A stretch of 63,614 nucleotides of DNA, counting the filler, from Octopus bimaculoides (Eukaryota): NCBI RefSeq assembly GCF_001194135.2. It is 7 parts of 6 records of this genome, joined end to end, with 100 filler letters (N's around TTAATTAATTAA, not from the genome) between each part and the next. Parts side by side here need not be neighbours in the genome. Positions count along the whole stretch, not along the records: positions 7,874 to 15,665 come from NW_026358028.1; positions 15,766 to 33,334 come from NC_068983.1; 5 more parts are not named here. One strand, given 5' to 3'. Under the pieces are notes generated by a model, which saw only the letters and a list, made by a program, of their open reading frames with translations, was not told the origin of the DNA and did not search any database. Each line of letters starts with the position of its first letter. Positions within the stretch are counted from its first letter, which is position 1. This document shows, in pieces, positions 12,575 through 23,729 of the stretch. Made by a program: the position numbers and the translations under genes.

Positions 12575-13499
12575 TTCTGCAAGAACATGTCTAGCCACAG
12601 GGATATATTACCTTGCCTGAAAATTGGTGAAAGGAAGGCATAAAGCTGTAGTAAATCTGTCTAAAATATACTCTGTCCAATCCGTGCAAGGATGGAAAAA
12701 TAGACATCTGACAATGATGATTTTAATCAAAATCTATGCAATATGATTTACATCTTAATATATGAAATACCCTGTCTGTATGTGTATCTTCAATGCATGC
12801 TCAAACCTCTGGATCAATTTGTACCATACTTGGGGTACATAAATAATTTGACCTTGGAAAGAATATTACAGTCTTGATTTATTTTTTCTTATTAAAAATA
12901 AATAAAACTGCTCTATATATAAAGATTCTTCAAATCGTTTCTCAACTTCCTGTGTTTGAAATGCCTGTCTTTGGTGTCCAAACCAGCTATTTACACACAC
13001 ACACATATGTATACATCACTACAGTTGTGACGACTTCTAATAAAGAGAATTTCTAAAGGTAATTTCATGTCAGAAAATAAATTTCATACGGAAATATATG
13101 CCTTTTTCTCAATTAATTAAATGAGGTACTGTATATTGTACATTGATTTTCCAATACATATTTCGGACATTTTTGGAACAAGCTGCCTTATTAAGACTTC
13201 ATGTTTCACATTTATATCCCATGTGATTATTCTTGGTGCAAATTGACTTATTAACACTTTCACTTAAATGTTTTGTCAATGTCAACATAGTAACTAAGTA
13301 ACCAGCTATTTATACACACACACACACACACACACGTATGTATACATCATTACAGTTATGACAATTTCAGATAAAAAAGAATTTCTAAAGTTACTTTCAT
13401 TTTTTATATTCTTCTCTGAATTTTTATTTGTGTAAGATATATACCTAGGTGAGTGTGTGTGAGAAAAAAAATTTCACATGGAGATTTCATTTAATTGAG

Positions 13500-13870
13500 C
13501 AATTGTCAACAGGGCATAACTACAGACCCCACCCCTGAATTTGGATGATCATAACTTTCAGAAAAATGGATATTTTTTAATGAAATTATCTATGAATATG
13601 TGTTATATCACGTAGATTCCGAATATACCAAATTTTTTTGGGAAAGTGTTTTAGGAGGGGTGGAGGAGGATTTTCGGAAAATTCACTGGAGTCCACTTCA
13701 ATTTGCTTAACTTTTAGGAAAATGGATATTTTTTAATGAAATTGTCTACAAATATACCTCGGACTATGTAGATTCCGAGCATATAGGAATATTTTGGGGA
13801 AAACAATTGGGTGTTATTTTTGAGAAATGTTCCCCACTGGGGGATGGGGGTGGGGTCGGAACAAGTCGTC
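13500..13870. repeat. Unclassified repeat with an internal 156-bp-period duplication
   Basis: AACTTT..GAAAATGGATATTTTTTAATGAAATT.TCTA...GTAGATTCCGA at about 13553 and about 13709. Confidence 0.55.
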
Positions 13871-14399
13871 CATATTTGTTACATTTCTTCTGTTTTGTGT
13901 GTTTGTGCATCTGTAAATTTATACTGAAGCAACAGACAATGAAGCCATCACCAGAAAACTCATGCTAAAAATAACAGCTACATGTCTGGTACACATACAT
14001 GTTATTAAGACGACTTATCTGTTGCATACGATTTGTTTTTCACTTTAAGTAAATTCCCATGTAAACGGTTCTAATAGATAACACCAGAAGCAAAAATAAG
14101 GAATATACACACACAATTAAATATAGAAGTGTAAAGTATAATTTGTTACATAATTTCTATAATAAACATGATACTGAATGGAATAATTCTCTGTTTTAAC
14201 TTCTTTCACTATATATATGCCACGTGGCCTAGTGTTTAAGCTGTTGCACTCACAATTGCTAGATTCTGGGTTTGCTTCCCTGACTGGGCGGTGCTTTGTG
14301 TTCTTGAGCAAAACACATTTCATGTTGCTCCAGTCCCCCTTTCAGGGTGGCATCATTTGAATGCTAAAACAATGCAAAGCACATTGTGACCAGCGATGT

Positions 14400-14895
14400 G
14401 TAACAACTTCTGATAGCCTGGTCATGTGATGGCTAGTTTAAATGCTAGAGGGTTANNNNNNNNNNNNNNNNNNNNNNNNNNNNNNNNNNNNNNNNNNNNN
14501 NNNNNNNNNNNNNNNNNNNNNNNNNNNNNNNNNNNNNNNNNNNNNNNNNNNNNNNNNNNNNNNNNNNNNNNNNNNNNNNNNNNNNNNNNNNNNNNNNNNN
14601 NNNNNNNNNNNNNNNNNNNNNNNNNNNNNNNNNNNNNNNNNNNNNNNNNNNNNNNNNNNNNNNNNNNNNNNNNNNNNNNNNNNNNNNNNNNNNNNNNNNN
14701 NNNNNNNNNNNNNNNNNNNNNNNNNNNNNNNNNNNNNNNNNNNNNNNNNNNNNNNNNNNTTAGGAAGGGCATCCAGCTGTAGAAACTCTGCCAAATCAGA
14801 TTGGAGCCTGGTGTAGCCATCGGTTTCACCAGTCCTCAGTCAAATCGTTCAACCCATGCTAGCATGGAAAGCGGACGTTAAACGACGATGATGAT
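14400..14895 (+). mobile_element. SINE-like family E copy (spans a gap)
   Basis: 3' part 14760-14895 matches 7987-8120 and ends in (GAT)n. Confidence 0.7.
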
Positions 14896-14933
14896 GAATG
14901 ATGATATATATATATACACATATATTAAATATA

Positions 14934-15599
14934 GGGAGAATTCACAAAAAAACAAAAGACAAAGACAGGTGGTGTAGACAACAAACAGATGTATTAGTTT
15001 AACGCTTGGGAAGTGAAAAAGTCTTTAATGTTTCAAGCCTACGCTTTTCCACAGAAAGGAACACAGAAAGAAACAAGGAGAGAAAATAAAGAATGTGTAG
15101 TGGCTAGCTATCTATCATGGTGAATGCCGGACAGAGGGGTCACACAAGAGTTAGAGAGTACAAAAACGTTAAGAAAAGTTCAAAAGGTTCAAAAGCTTCA
15201 AACGTCATGGTGTATTGACGCGATTTCTCATCAACAGAAGAGTCCAGTGTAATCCATGGGCAGGAGAAGTGCAGCTGAAGTGTACAAGAGTAGGAAGTCC
15301 AGGTAGAATAGTCCAGTGTAGAAGATGTAAAAGTACATTGGGTAATGAGAGGAGACAGGATCAACTGGTGCAACAACGTGAGCGTGTAATATATGGGGGG
15401 AATTCACAAAAAAACAAAAGACAAAGACAGGTGGTGTAGACAACAAGCAGATGTATTAGTGTAATGCTCGGGAAGCGAAAAAGTCTTTAATGCTTCGAGC
15501 CTACGCTGTTCCAGAGAAAGGAACACAGAAAGAAACAAGTAGAGAAAATAAAGATGTGTAGTGGCTAGCGATCTATCATGGCGAATGCCGGACAGAGGG
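14934..15599 (-). mobile_element. Two about 205-bp direct repeats flanking a 257-bp spacer (Penelope pLTR-like)
   Basis: 14934-15138 and 15396-15599 align along their length (GAATTCACAAAAAAACAAAAGACAAAGACAGGTGGTGTAGACAAC...GAATGCCGGACAGAGGG). Confidence 0.6.
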
Positions 15600-15765
15600 A
15601 TCATAGCCCAAGAATTTACAGCGTGATGTGCTGCTTGACTGGTCCCCCTCTCTCTCTCTCTTTATNNNNNNNNNNNNNNNNNNNNNNNNNNNNNNNNNNN
15701 NNNNNNNNNTTAATTAATTAANNNNNNNNNNNNNNNNNNNNNNNNNNNNNNNNNNNNNNNNNNNN

Positions 15766-15920
15766 ACATTCTTCATCGACAGAATTTTTATACCTTCCAA
15801 CCTTTCAGTCAAGTCCGCCTTTCTTCCAGTAACATACTGTCCATATAATCTTAAATATTTCTTTAACTCAGACACAGTAAGTACTTCGATAGCTGAATCA
15901 TCGAGCTGCTTTATATCCAT
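15766..15920 (-). CDS. SAP-domain-containing ORF N-terminus, running into a gap; probably transposon-derived
   Basis: MDIKQLDDSAIEV-LTVSELKKYLRLYGQYVTGRKADLTERL-EGIK fits the SAP pattern LTVxELKxxLxxxGxxxxGxKxxLxxRL (15798-15881). Confidence 0.65.
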
Positions 15921-16029
15921 GATAAGACGTAAAACAATAACAATAGCGTGGATAGTCTGCGGAAGTTTAATTGTCCACATGGAGCGCCGCCTAGCCAAGG
16001 GAGATAACCTACTTATAGGAAAGCCCTAT

Positions 16030-16270
16030 AGCGCTCTTGTTCCAAAGGATACTTGCCGGACGCGACACCTTCGCTAAAAGTTCTTGTCCCATTGCGGTGT
16101 TGTTTCGCAGAACACCTACCAGACGCGACACCTTCTCTAAAAGCTCTAGTCTTATTGCTCTGTTGTTTCGTGGGATACATGCCGGATGCGACACCTTCCC
16201 TAAAAGTTCTAGTCCCATTGCGCTGTTGTTCTGCAGGTTACCTGCCTGATGCGACACCTTTGCTAAATGC
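16030..16270. repeat. 63-bp tandem repeat, about 3.7 diverged units
   Basis: GCGACACCTT recurs at 63-bp spacing, and the unit length is a multiple of 3. Confidence 0.9.
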
Positions 16271-16699
16271 TGCAACCTCATTGACGCTGCTAGGATTACT
16301 TTTCATTATTGACATTTCTCTCATAACTGAGGTATGTGTTTTAAGGTTACTACCAACCAGTAACTATATCGTGCCACCATCACTAGACAGGTTGTCAGTC
16401 AAGACTTCTGAGAGATTTGTTTGCCCTCATTGAAGCTGGTTATCCTGCACTGGTCGCGACCTCTAGTATTTATTCTCGCAGCAAATAAAGACTCATGCAG
16501 TTGGCTAGCCGTTGACCTTAGTGAGTTCATCTGCTCTTTAGCAAGATTTGTTTCTCGTCCTCCAGGCTGACCAACAAAATCCACCTTAGACAGACATGTG
16601 CCTGGTAGGGTTGCCGGTTTAGTCGTCGACGGCTCGTCCATGAATCAGATTGTACAGGAATACATGTTACCAATAGCACTAAAAGTGACTCGACATATT

Positions 16700-16840
16700 A
16701 TTCTTTTCGACTCTAGGCACAAGGCCCGAAATTTTGGTGGGAGGGGGGGCAGTCAATTAGATCGACCCCAGTATGCAACTGGTTCTTAATTTATCGACCC
16801 CGAAAGGATGAAAGGCAAAGTCGACCTCGGCAGAATTTGG
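16700..16840 (-). mobile_element. SINE family A copy (3' part)
   Basis: ATCGACCCCGAAAGGATGAAAGGCAAAGTCGACCTCGGC is the reverse complement of the family core. Confidence 0.85.
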
Positions 16841-17196
16841 GATTTCAAGATACCTGATAACAAGATTTCCGGTACAAAGATTTTTCGGTATAGGTGGTAG
16901 TGGTGGTGGTGGTGGTAGTGGGTGTAGGTCTTGATGAATGTGGGTAGGGGATGTGATCGGGCGAGTGCGTCGCCAGTAAGTTTCTAACATTGGATAGAGA
17001 AAGAAAGAGAGAGAGAGAGAGAGAGAGAGCAATCAAAAATAGAAATGAGAGAAAATATCCAAAACTGGGCACTATCATGCTATTAGCTGTCAGAAGTGAA
17101 AGTGCTCACTGCAAGTGAAGTATCTGTCTGTCTGCTTGTCTGCCTGCCTGTTGCTGGCCTGTCGATTCTTTGGCTACTGACAGCTAATACCATGAC

Positions 17197-17379
17197 TGGG
17201 CGGAGCGAGCTATATGTCTGTCTGTCTCTCTGTCTCTCTATCTATCTATCTATTACTCGAAAGTTCGCGCGTCCGCGCTAGCTAGTCGTGAGTAGAAAAC
17301 ACAAATTTAATATAAAAACATATTTCCTGAAATTGCAAATTATTTAAAATATAAAAATATAATTTTCAACTTTCGAGTA

Positions 17380-17410
<31 letters not shown>

Positions 17411-17438
17411 CAGACAGACATATAGCTCGCTCCGACCA
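17197..17438. repeat. Inverted repeat: arms of at least 69 bp around a 102-bp spacer
   Basis: 17197-17265 is the reverse complement of 17368-17438. The right arm runs into a gap. Confidence 0.85.
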
Positions 17439-17724
17439 NNNNNNNNNNNNNNNNNNNNNNNNNNNNNNNNNNNNNNNNNNNNNNNNNNNNNNNNNNNNNN
17501 NNNNNNNNNNNNNNNNNNNNNNNNNNNNNNNNNNNNNNNNNNNNNNNNNNNNNNNNNNNNNNNNNNNNNNNNNNNNNNNNNNNNNNNNNNNNNNNNNNNN
17601 NNNNNNNNNNNNNNNNNNNNNNNNNNNNNNNNNNNNNNNNNNNNNNNNNNNNNNNNNNNNNNNNNNNNNNNNNNNNNNNNNNNNNNNNNNNNNNNNNNNN
17701 NNNNNNNNNNNNNNNNNNNNNTAT

Positions 17725-18030
17725 TATTATTATTATGCCCCTTTTTAATTTTTTCTGACCAGGCTCCCGTGGTTTTATGGGTTTTTCCACGTGTAACCTT
17801 TCCTTTTTCGAAGCATCTCCCCCTTTGGGAGTTCTACTTATTTATTTATCTATTTATTTATTATATCTTTCTCCGTTTTCTTCCTCTGTTTAGACGAACT
17901 TTCCTACCTTTTCGGACAAAACCTTTTGTAACCTTCGTCCTGTCTTTGTCCTTATATGTTTTTAATTGATATTAGCCCTTGTGGCCAATAAAACGAATTA
18001 ATTATTATTATTATTATTATTATTATTATT
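17725..18030 (+). mobile_element. Probable LINE (L1/Tx1-type) 3' UTR with AATAAA and (ATT)n tail
   Basis: Pyrimidine-rich UTR-like stretch ending GCCCTTGTGGCCAATAAAACGAATTA(ATT)n. Confidence 0.45.
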
Positions 18031-18119
18031 TACTTTTAATTTGCATGTTTGTTGCAATCACTTACCGAGACACACCCAGCGTCCTGGGGCGAGTGAAGGA
18101 TAAGAGACATTACAATATA

Positions 18120-18150
<31 letters not shown>

Positions 18151-18488
18151 TCTTCCGGTTGGAAGGCTAGAACGTCGGTGGAAGCTTGACAAGTATTTTT
18201 GTTATCAAAACTAGTTTTCGTTGATATTATTGTCTAAAAGGGAACACAAGACATTAGTCTTTATCCGCCAGAAAAAAAAAAGAACTAAATAATATTTGGT
18301 CCTTAGGCCCAAATATTAGTATTTGCGAAATGGTTACATGTTCGCAAACAGAAAGTGACATGGAAGTGTGTAACTTTCTAACGCAAAACAAACCAGTTTG
18401 TGACAGCAGGAAAAGTCATTTTCGCTGAGACAAGTAACAATTTCAAGGACAAAATAGATAACGAATCCAAAAGCACCACAGACTCTAT

Positions 18489-18875
18489 GTTGTTGTTGGC
18501 ACTCCGTCACTTACGACGTCGAGGGTTCCAGTTGATCCGATCAACGGAATAGCCTGCTCGTGAAATTAACGTGCAAGTGGCTGAGCACTCCACAGACGCG
18601 TGTACCCTTAACGTAGTTCTCGGGGATATTCAGCGTGACACAGTGTAACAAGGCTGACCCTTTGAATTACAGGCACAATAGAAACAGGAAGTAAGAGTGA
18701 GAGAAAGTTGTGGTGAAAGAGTACAGCAGGGTTCGCCACCGTCCCTTACTGGAGCCGCGTGGAGCTTTTAGGTGTTTACGCTCAATAAAGACTCACAACG
18801 CCCGGTCTGGGAATCGAAACCGCGATCCTATGACCGCGAGTCCGCTGCCCTAACCACTGGGCCATTGCGCCTCCA
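18489..18875 (-). mobile_element. Full-length tRNA-derived SINE family B (long form) with 12-bp TSD
   Basis: Head TGGAGGCGCAATGGCCCAGTGGTTAGGGCAGCGGACTCGCGG..GGTTTCGATTCCC (A and B boxes), tail GACGGAGTGCCAACAAC. TSD CACAGACTCTAT at 18477-18488 and 18876-18887. Resembles described octopus tRNA-Arg-derived SINEs (recollection, unverified). Confidence 0.92.
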
Positions 18876-20856
18876 CACAGACTCTATAGACAGCGATAAA
18901 ATTAACCGCAACGAACGAAGAAGTAATACGACAGAGAAAAGTGACACAATTATTCGATAATCGAATAAACAACAAAAATGTAACTGGCAACTCCCCAAAC
19001 AGAATTAATGGGGGAAAATACCACGATAAATGATATCAACACAGATTATAACAACTCCAACGACACGGAACAGAGAAGCATAACAGAATGAATAACGACA
19101 ACAAAAACACCGATGAGAATACAACCAGTACCAACGTCAACACCAGCAACAGAGAAGCGGGTGTATTTGGAAGTAACAATAGCAGTAACAACGCGAACGA
19201 TTCCACCACTGCCACCATCAACAGTGAGAGAGGAATAAGTACTTTGCAGCAGTAGCTCCAAAATGCCATCAAGAGTATTATGAGATGGACATCTCTAACA
19301 AAAAAATGTTAGTCCAGGCCTACAAACTCATAAAAGGAGGAAAAACCTAGGCTAACTTTGCAATCCCAGCCGAAGTGGAGACAGAAATTGAGAGGAGGAC
19401 AGTAAAATATAGGTGCATCTCAGCACAGACTCGGAGAGCAGAACAACATTCCCACCTTCAAGTGGAGATGACACTTAGATCAATCAGAGAGGATGTCGAA
19501 TTCATTCAAAGGGCCCGAAGTTTTGGTACCATCTTAGTCCTTTTTAAAGCACAAGAGCTGGCTATGAAGCATTCGGTGGGACCCCGTAAAACTGACAAGC
19601 TCATAATGTACCCGTTCTATACAGGCAGAAGAACAATAAAAGTTCGAGTCCCCAGAATAACACTAGGTATCAACATGTGGTAGCTCATGGGATGTGTGAT
19701 CGAGGAGGGCAGGGATACCCTCCTCCTAAAAGTCCAACGGACGCAAAGAGAAGACTCGGTTGGGATGGATTTGGAAATGCTAATCCAAATGAAACCACAA
19801 GACTTGGAGAACATCCCAGATCATATTTGCGTCAAGGATGGGACGAAATTACCCTTGATCACCGAGAGCAGATGGACTCATTGCTTCGCTTGTGGTGAAG
19901 CAACATACCTATAAGCACTCTGCCCTCAGCGAATAAGTACAGGGGTCCGTAAACCTCCGCTTACACCATCACCAAGACTGGGAAAAAAAAAAAANNNNNN
20001 NNNNNNNAAAAAAAAAAAAAACACCAGCTGTAGAAAGATCACCACCAACATCAAGGAAAGCAGCAAAAATAGCAACAGTGGCGGCGGCGGTGGCAAGCGT
20101 AACAACAGCACCAGCAGGAAAACCGTCGGAGAGGTCAACCACGACTGCCAGCACCTCGCAACCAAACTCAACAACCTCCCATCTCTCAAACAAACACGCA
20201 GACAAAGGTACACATACAAACACGAATTCACTTCCACACAGAGAGGAGGATGTTGTGACAGACACTGGTTCTACCACATTGAAAAGTGATGATGAAGGGA
20301 AACAGTAAATTTTTAAAAAATGATAAGAAGTCACAGAGATGAGGCATCTTGTCCTGCACCAAAACAAGATAACAAAGAAACTACACCCACCCACAGCAAA
20401 CGCAAACACTCAGACAACTCCTGCAGCACCACAATCATCAACTGAAGCATCACAAGCACCAAGATCCTCACTGCAGACAGAAAAAAAAATCCCAAAGGAA
20501 AACTCACACTACAAATGCAACAAGAACAACAAAAACAACGACGCAGGCAGCTAACTTTGTGTTAGTAAGGAAGGCCAACAAAGAGCTGATGGCCCTCTTA
20601 TCACAAAGGGAAGACATTGAAAAAGGTGGGGGGGAAATCTTCTTGGACTAGCACGTGCAACGTGCTAAAGGACTTAATGATGGTGAGGATGGATTTGTAC
20701 ACTTTCCAAACAATTAGGGATGCCTTTCCACACGGTGTAGGGATCCCTCAAGTAAATGCCAATGCAAGACTTCTACAAGTGTTCCCAAAGGATTTCCAAC
20801 GGCACAAGGAGGGTAAGTAACGCTCCTCATCTTGCTTTCCTTCCCTTTAGGCCAAT

Positions 20857-21540
20857 ATGGCGGTGCTAAGAGTAAGTTGTATAAATATACGTACCTTGGG
20901 GTCGTTCTGGAAGCAAGGTCACCTGCTCAGTGATCTCAGGTGGCTGAATTTGGATGTAATAGCTGTCAGTGAGACCAAGATCGCGGACACATGCAACTTA
21001 CCACCCATTTTTGATGATCTTGAGATCTTTGCATCTCTGAATCGACCAGGAATGGAAGGTGGCGAGGCGGTGTTGTTCAGGAAAGGTCTGGATCTCGAGA
21101 TACGGTTGGTTTTCCTCGACTTGAAGGTAAGTCGGTGGTCCTAGACGTGAACGATGATGAAGGCAGTGCTTTTATACTGGTCGCTGTGTATGCTCCGATT
21201 GGATCGGGGCAGCCGGATTTCTTCCGATGTTTGGAGGTCCTTCTAGGGACGTCGCGTCCTTTAGTGTTAGTGGGCGACTGGAACGCTATCTTGGATGCAC
21301 GTGTAGATTGGGTGGGGCTAGCGGATAGGTTCAGACTGGAATACACGGATGCTCCAGTGTAGATATGGGCAAACTGCATCGGGTCATCCAGATCTTATCT
21401 CGATAGGATATTTTGTTGGCCAGCAGATAGGGAAAGCATAGATTGTCCACAATTCGAACTCGTCAGTTATACAGATCACAAATTTGTGGTCTGTATTGTT
21501 GACCCAGATAGGCTTCATAGGCAGGGTCCCGGATACTGGG
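20857..21540 (+). pseudogene. L1/Tx1 ORF2 APE endonuclease domain, frameshifted
   Basis: LRVSCINIRTL, LDVIAVSETK, GGEAVLFRK, LVAVYAP, LVLVGDWNAILD, YTW....SRSYLDRI, YTDHK, GPGYW. Confidence 0.9.
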
Positions 21541-22000
21541 ACTACATTGAAATGCTGGCCAACAAATCAAAACCAGCAATTCGCACTAAACGCCGAGGTC
21601 TGTTGGCAAAGCATGTGTTATTGTTGTACAACAATGTACTCCCACATACGGCCGCCCACACCATTGAAACCATCGGAAAATTGGATTTCGAGTTGCTGGA
21701 ATACCTTGCATACGGTCCAGATCTCGCCCCTTCCAACTATTACCACTTTAGATTGCTTAAACATTCCTTTACGATGCTGTTGATTTGCTACAGAAGAAAA
21801 GGCACAGGAAGCGGTGCATGAATGGCTGCTTGACAAGCCGAAAACCAGCTTCTCTACTAGAATAAGCAAGCTAGAAGAAGTGCATCAAAGCGTGAGGAGA
21901 CGATGCCGAAAAACGGCGTAATTGTTAAGCCCCTGCTTTTGTTTTTATAANNNNNNNNNNGAAAAACAGAGGACTCCTTTTATTTAAACGCGTCACACGG
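21541..22000 (+). mobile_element. Mariner transposase C-terminal fragment and degenerate right end
   Basis: AIRTKRRGLLAKHVLLLYNNVLPHTA...LEYLAYGPDLAPSNYYHF corresponds to the HDNARPH and YSPDLAPSD motifs. Confidence 0.85.
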
Positions 22001-23250
22001 TCGAACACACAATAATATATATCAATAATGATATACATAATATGCTATACGACGATAACATAGATGACCAGTAATGAAAGACCACATACGTATTAGATGA
22101 ATAACAGAGATATTTATTGTAGCGTTAAAGATGTATGTCTGTGTGAGAGTGTGAATGCGACATATAAGAACATTATCAATGACAGGCCGTCAGACAAAGA
22201 AAAGTGTGTATGTGAGTGATACATGTATGTGAGTTATTACAGCAGATGGAAAGAGAGTCAATAACACGTGAGCAATTATACCAGTTCTTTAGTACACTCT
22301 AGGAAAAGTTCTGTATGTGAAGTTGGGAAGGCTGAGTGTGGCAGAGTTGATCACTAGTTGTGATGTCGTGGCATCGATGCCGGGCCTTGATTCTTGTTAT
22401 ACAGATGTTCGTCGTTTGGCAGAGCTTATCACTAGTTGCGTTTTGGCTTCGATGCCAGGGCCTTGAGGACAGACGTTTATCGCAGGCTGTGGTCTCTTGT
22501 CTGTTTATTATGTGGTGAAGCTAAGTCACCTAACAGAATCGAAGAGAGAGATGTGTGCCGCGGTGGTTTAGTTTGGTGTACATAGAAAGTCGTGTTGACG
22601 CTGGTGGAGATTGATGCTTGGTAGTAATCNNNNNNNNNNNNNNNNNNNNNNNNNNNNNNNNNNNNNNNNNNNNNNNNNNNNNNNNNNNNNNNNNNNNNNN
22701 NNNNNNNNNNNNNNNNNNNNNNNNNNNNNNNNNNNNNNNNNNNNNNNNNNNNNNNNNNNNNNNNNNNNNNNNNNNNNNNNNNNNNNNNNNNNNNNNNNNN
22801 NNNNNNNNNNNNNNNNNNNNNNNNNNNNNNNNNNNNNNNNNNNNNNNNNNNNNNNNNNNNNNNNNGCTGATTGTTGCTGCTGCTGTCGTGTGGTACACGG
22901 AACAGTTCTCAAAGAGAAACTGGACCGAGACCAATTTGTTGGGTATGAGTTAAAGCTATTTATAACAAACTATCGGCTCACCAGATATCAGAAATATACT
23001 TTATCACGTGACCTTATTAAGGGCTGTGATTGGTCAGTTTGCGTTCTGGCGGGAAAGGTTCGAAGAATTTGCCGCTTCAAATAATAATCAGTCACGTGAT
23101 GACAAGGCTGGTGTTTTCCACTACGCTCGCTTGTTTATATTTAAATGAGAAAATTGTATGTAATGGCGATAGCAGTTTTGTATCTAATGGCGATAGGTAG
23201 TTTTGTATGTAATGGCGATCGAGGTGTTAGAGACGATAGGTAGTTTCACT

Positions 23251-23292
<42 letters not shown>

Positions 23293-23729
23293 TACAAATT
23301 TCCTTAAAAACCAATGAAAGTATGGAAGAACTAAAACAATCCATTCTTGATGACTTCATTTTTCTTTCTTATTTTTTATCTATTGGGCAGCATAGCCAGA
23401 CACATAAAAAAATGCAATATCCTACATGTGAATATGTGATTTTCTTTTTAAGAGAAAAAGAAATAAAAAAAAAGGAAACGCCAAGAAAAAGAAAATGTCA
23501 AGAAAAAAAAAGGCCAAAATCTGAAAAAATTCAATTCAAAAACATCGGTTATATTTGTAGGTCGTCAGGCACTTCTTTCCGAGATGCCTCAGAAAAATAT
23601 ATGCGTTCTACACGAGAATGTACACTACAAAAATAAACATAAATAGAAATGAAATAAAGAATAAGGGAGACAATTTCAGCTGTTGAAAATAGAGTAGTCT
23701 ACCTTGCATTCCTCAAGTAAAATTCAGGT

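Larger units (their letters stand above)
18150..21540 (+). mobile_element. Decayed L1/Tx1-clade LINE, 5' half (ORF1 plus ORF2 endonuclease)
   Basis: ORF1 remnants (TIKVRVPRITLGIN; degenerate zinc knuckle CFACGEATYL*ALC at 19882-19923; Thr/Asn-rich low-complexity flanks) followed by an APE domain at 20857. Cut by mariner at about 21540. The 5' boundary is inferred. Confidence 0.82.

Noticed and set aside
18810-18875. tRNA-like sequence (also at other family B heads)
   Set aside because: It has A and B boxes but continues into a SINE body with a TSD; it is a SINE head, not a tRNA gene.
20813-20850. GTAAGT...TTTAG mini-intron between LINE ORF1 and ORF2
   Set aside because: It is only 38 nt, and splicing would not put ORF1 in frame with the ORF2 ATG at 20857.
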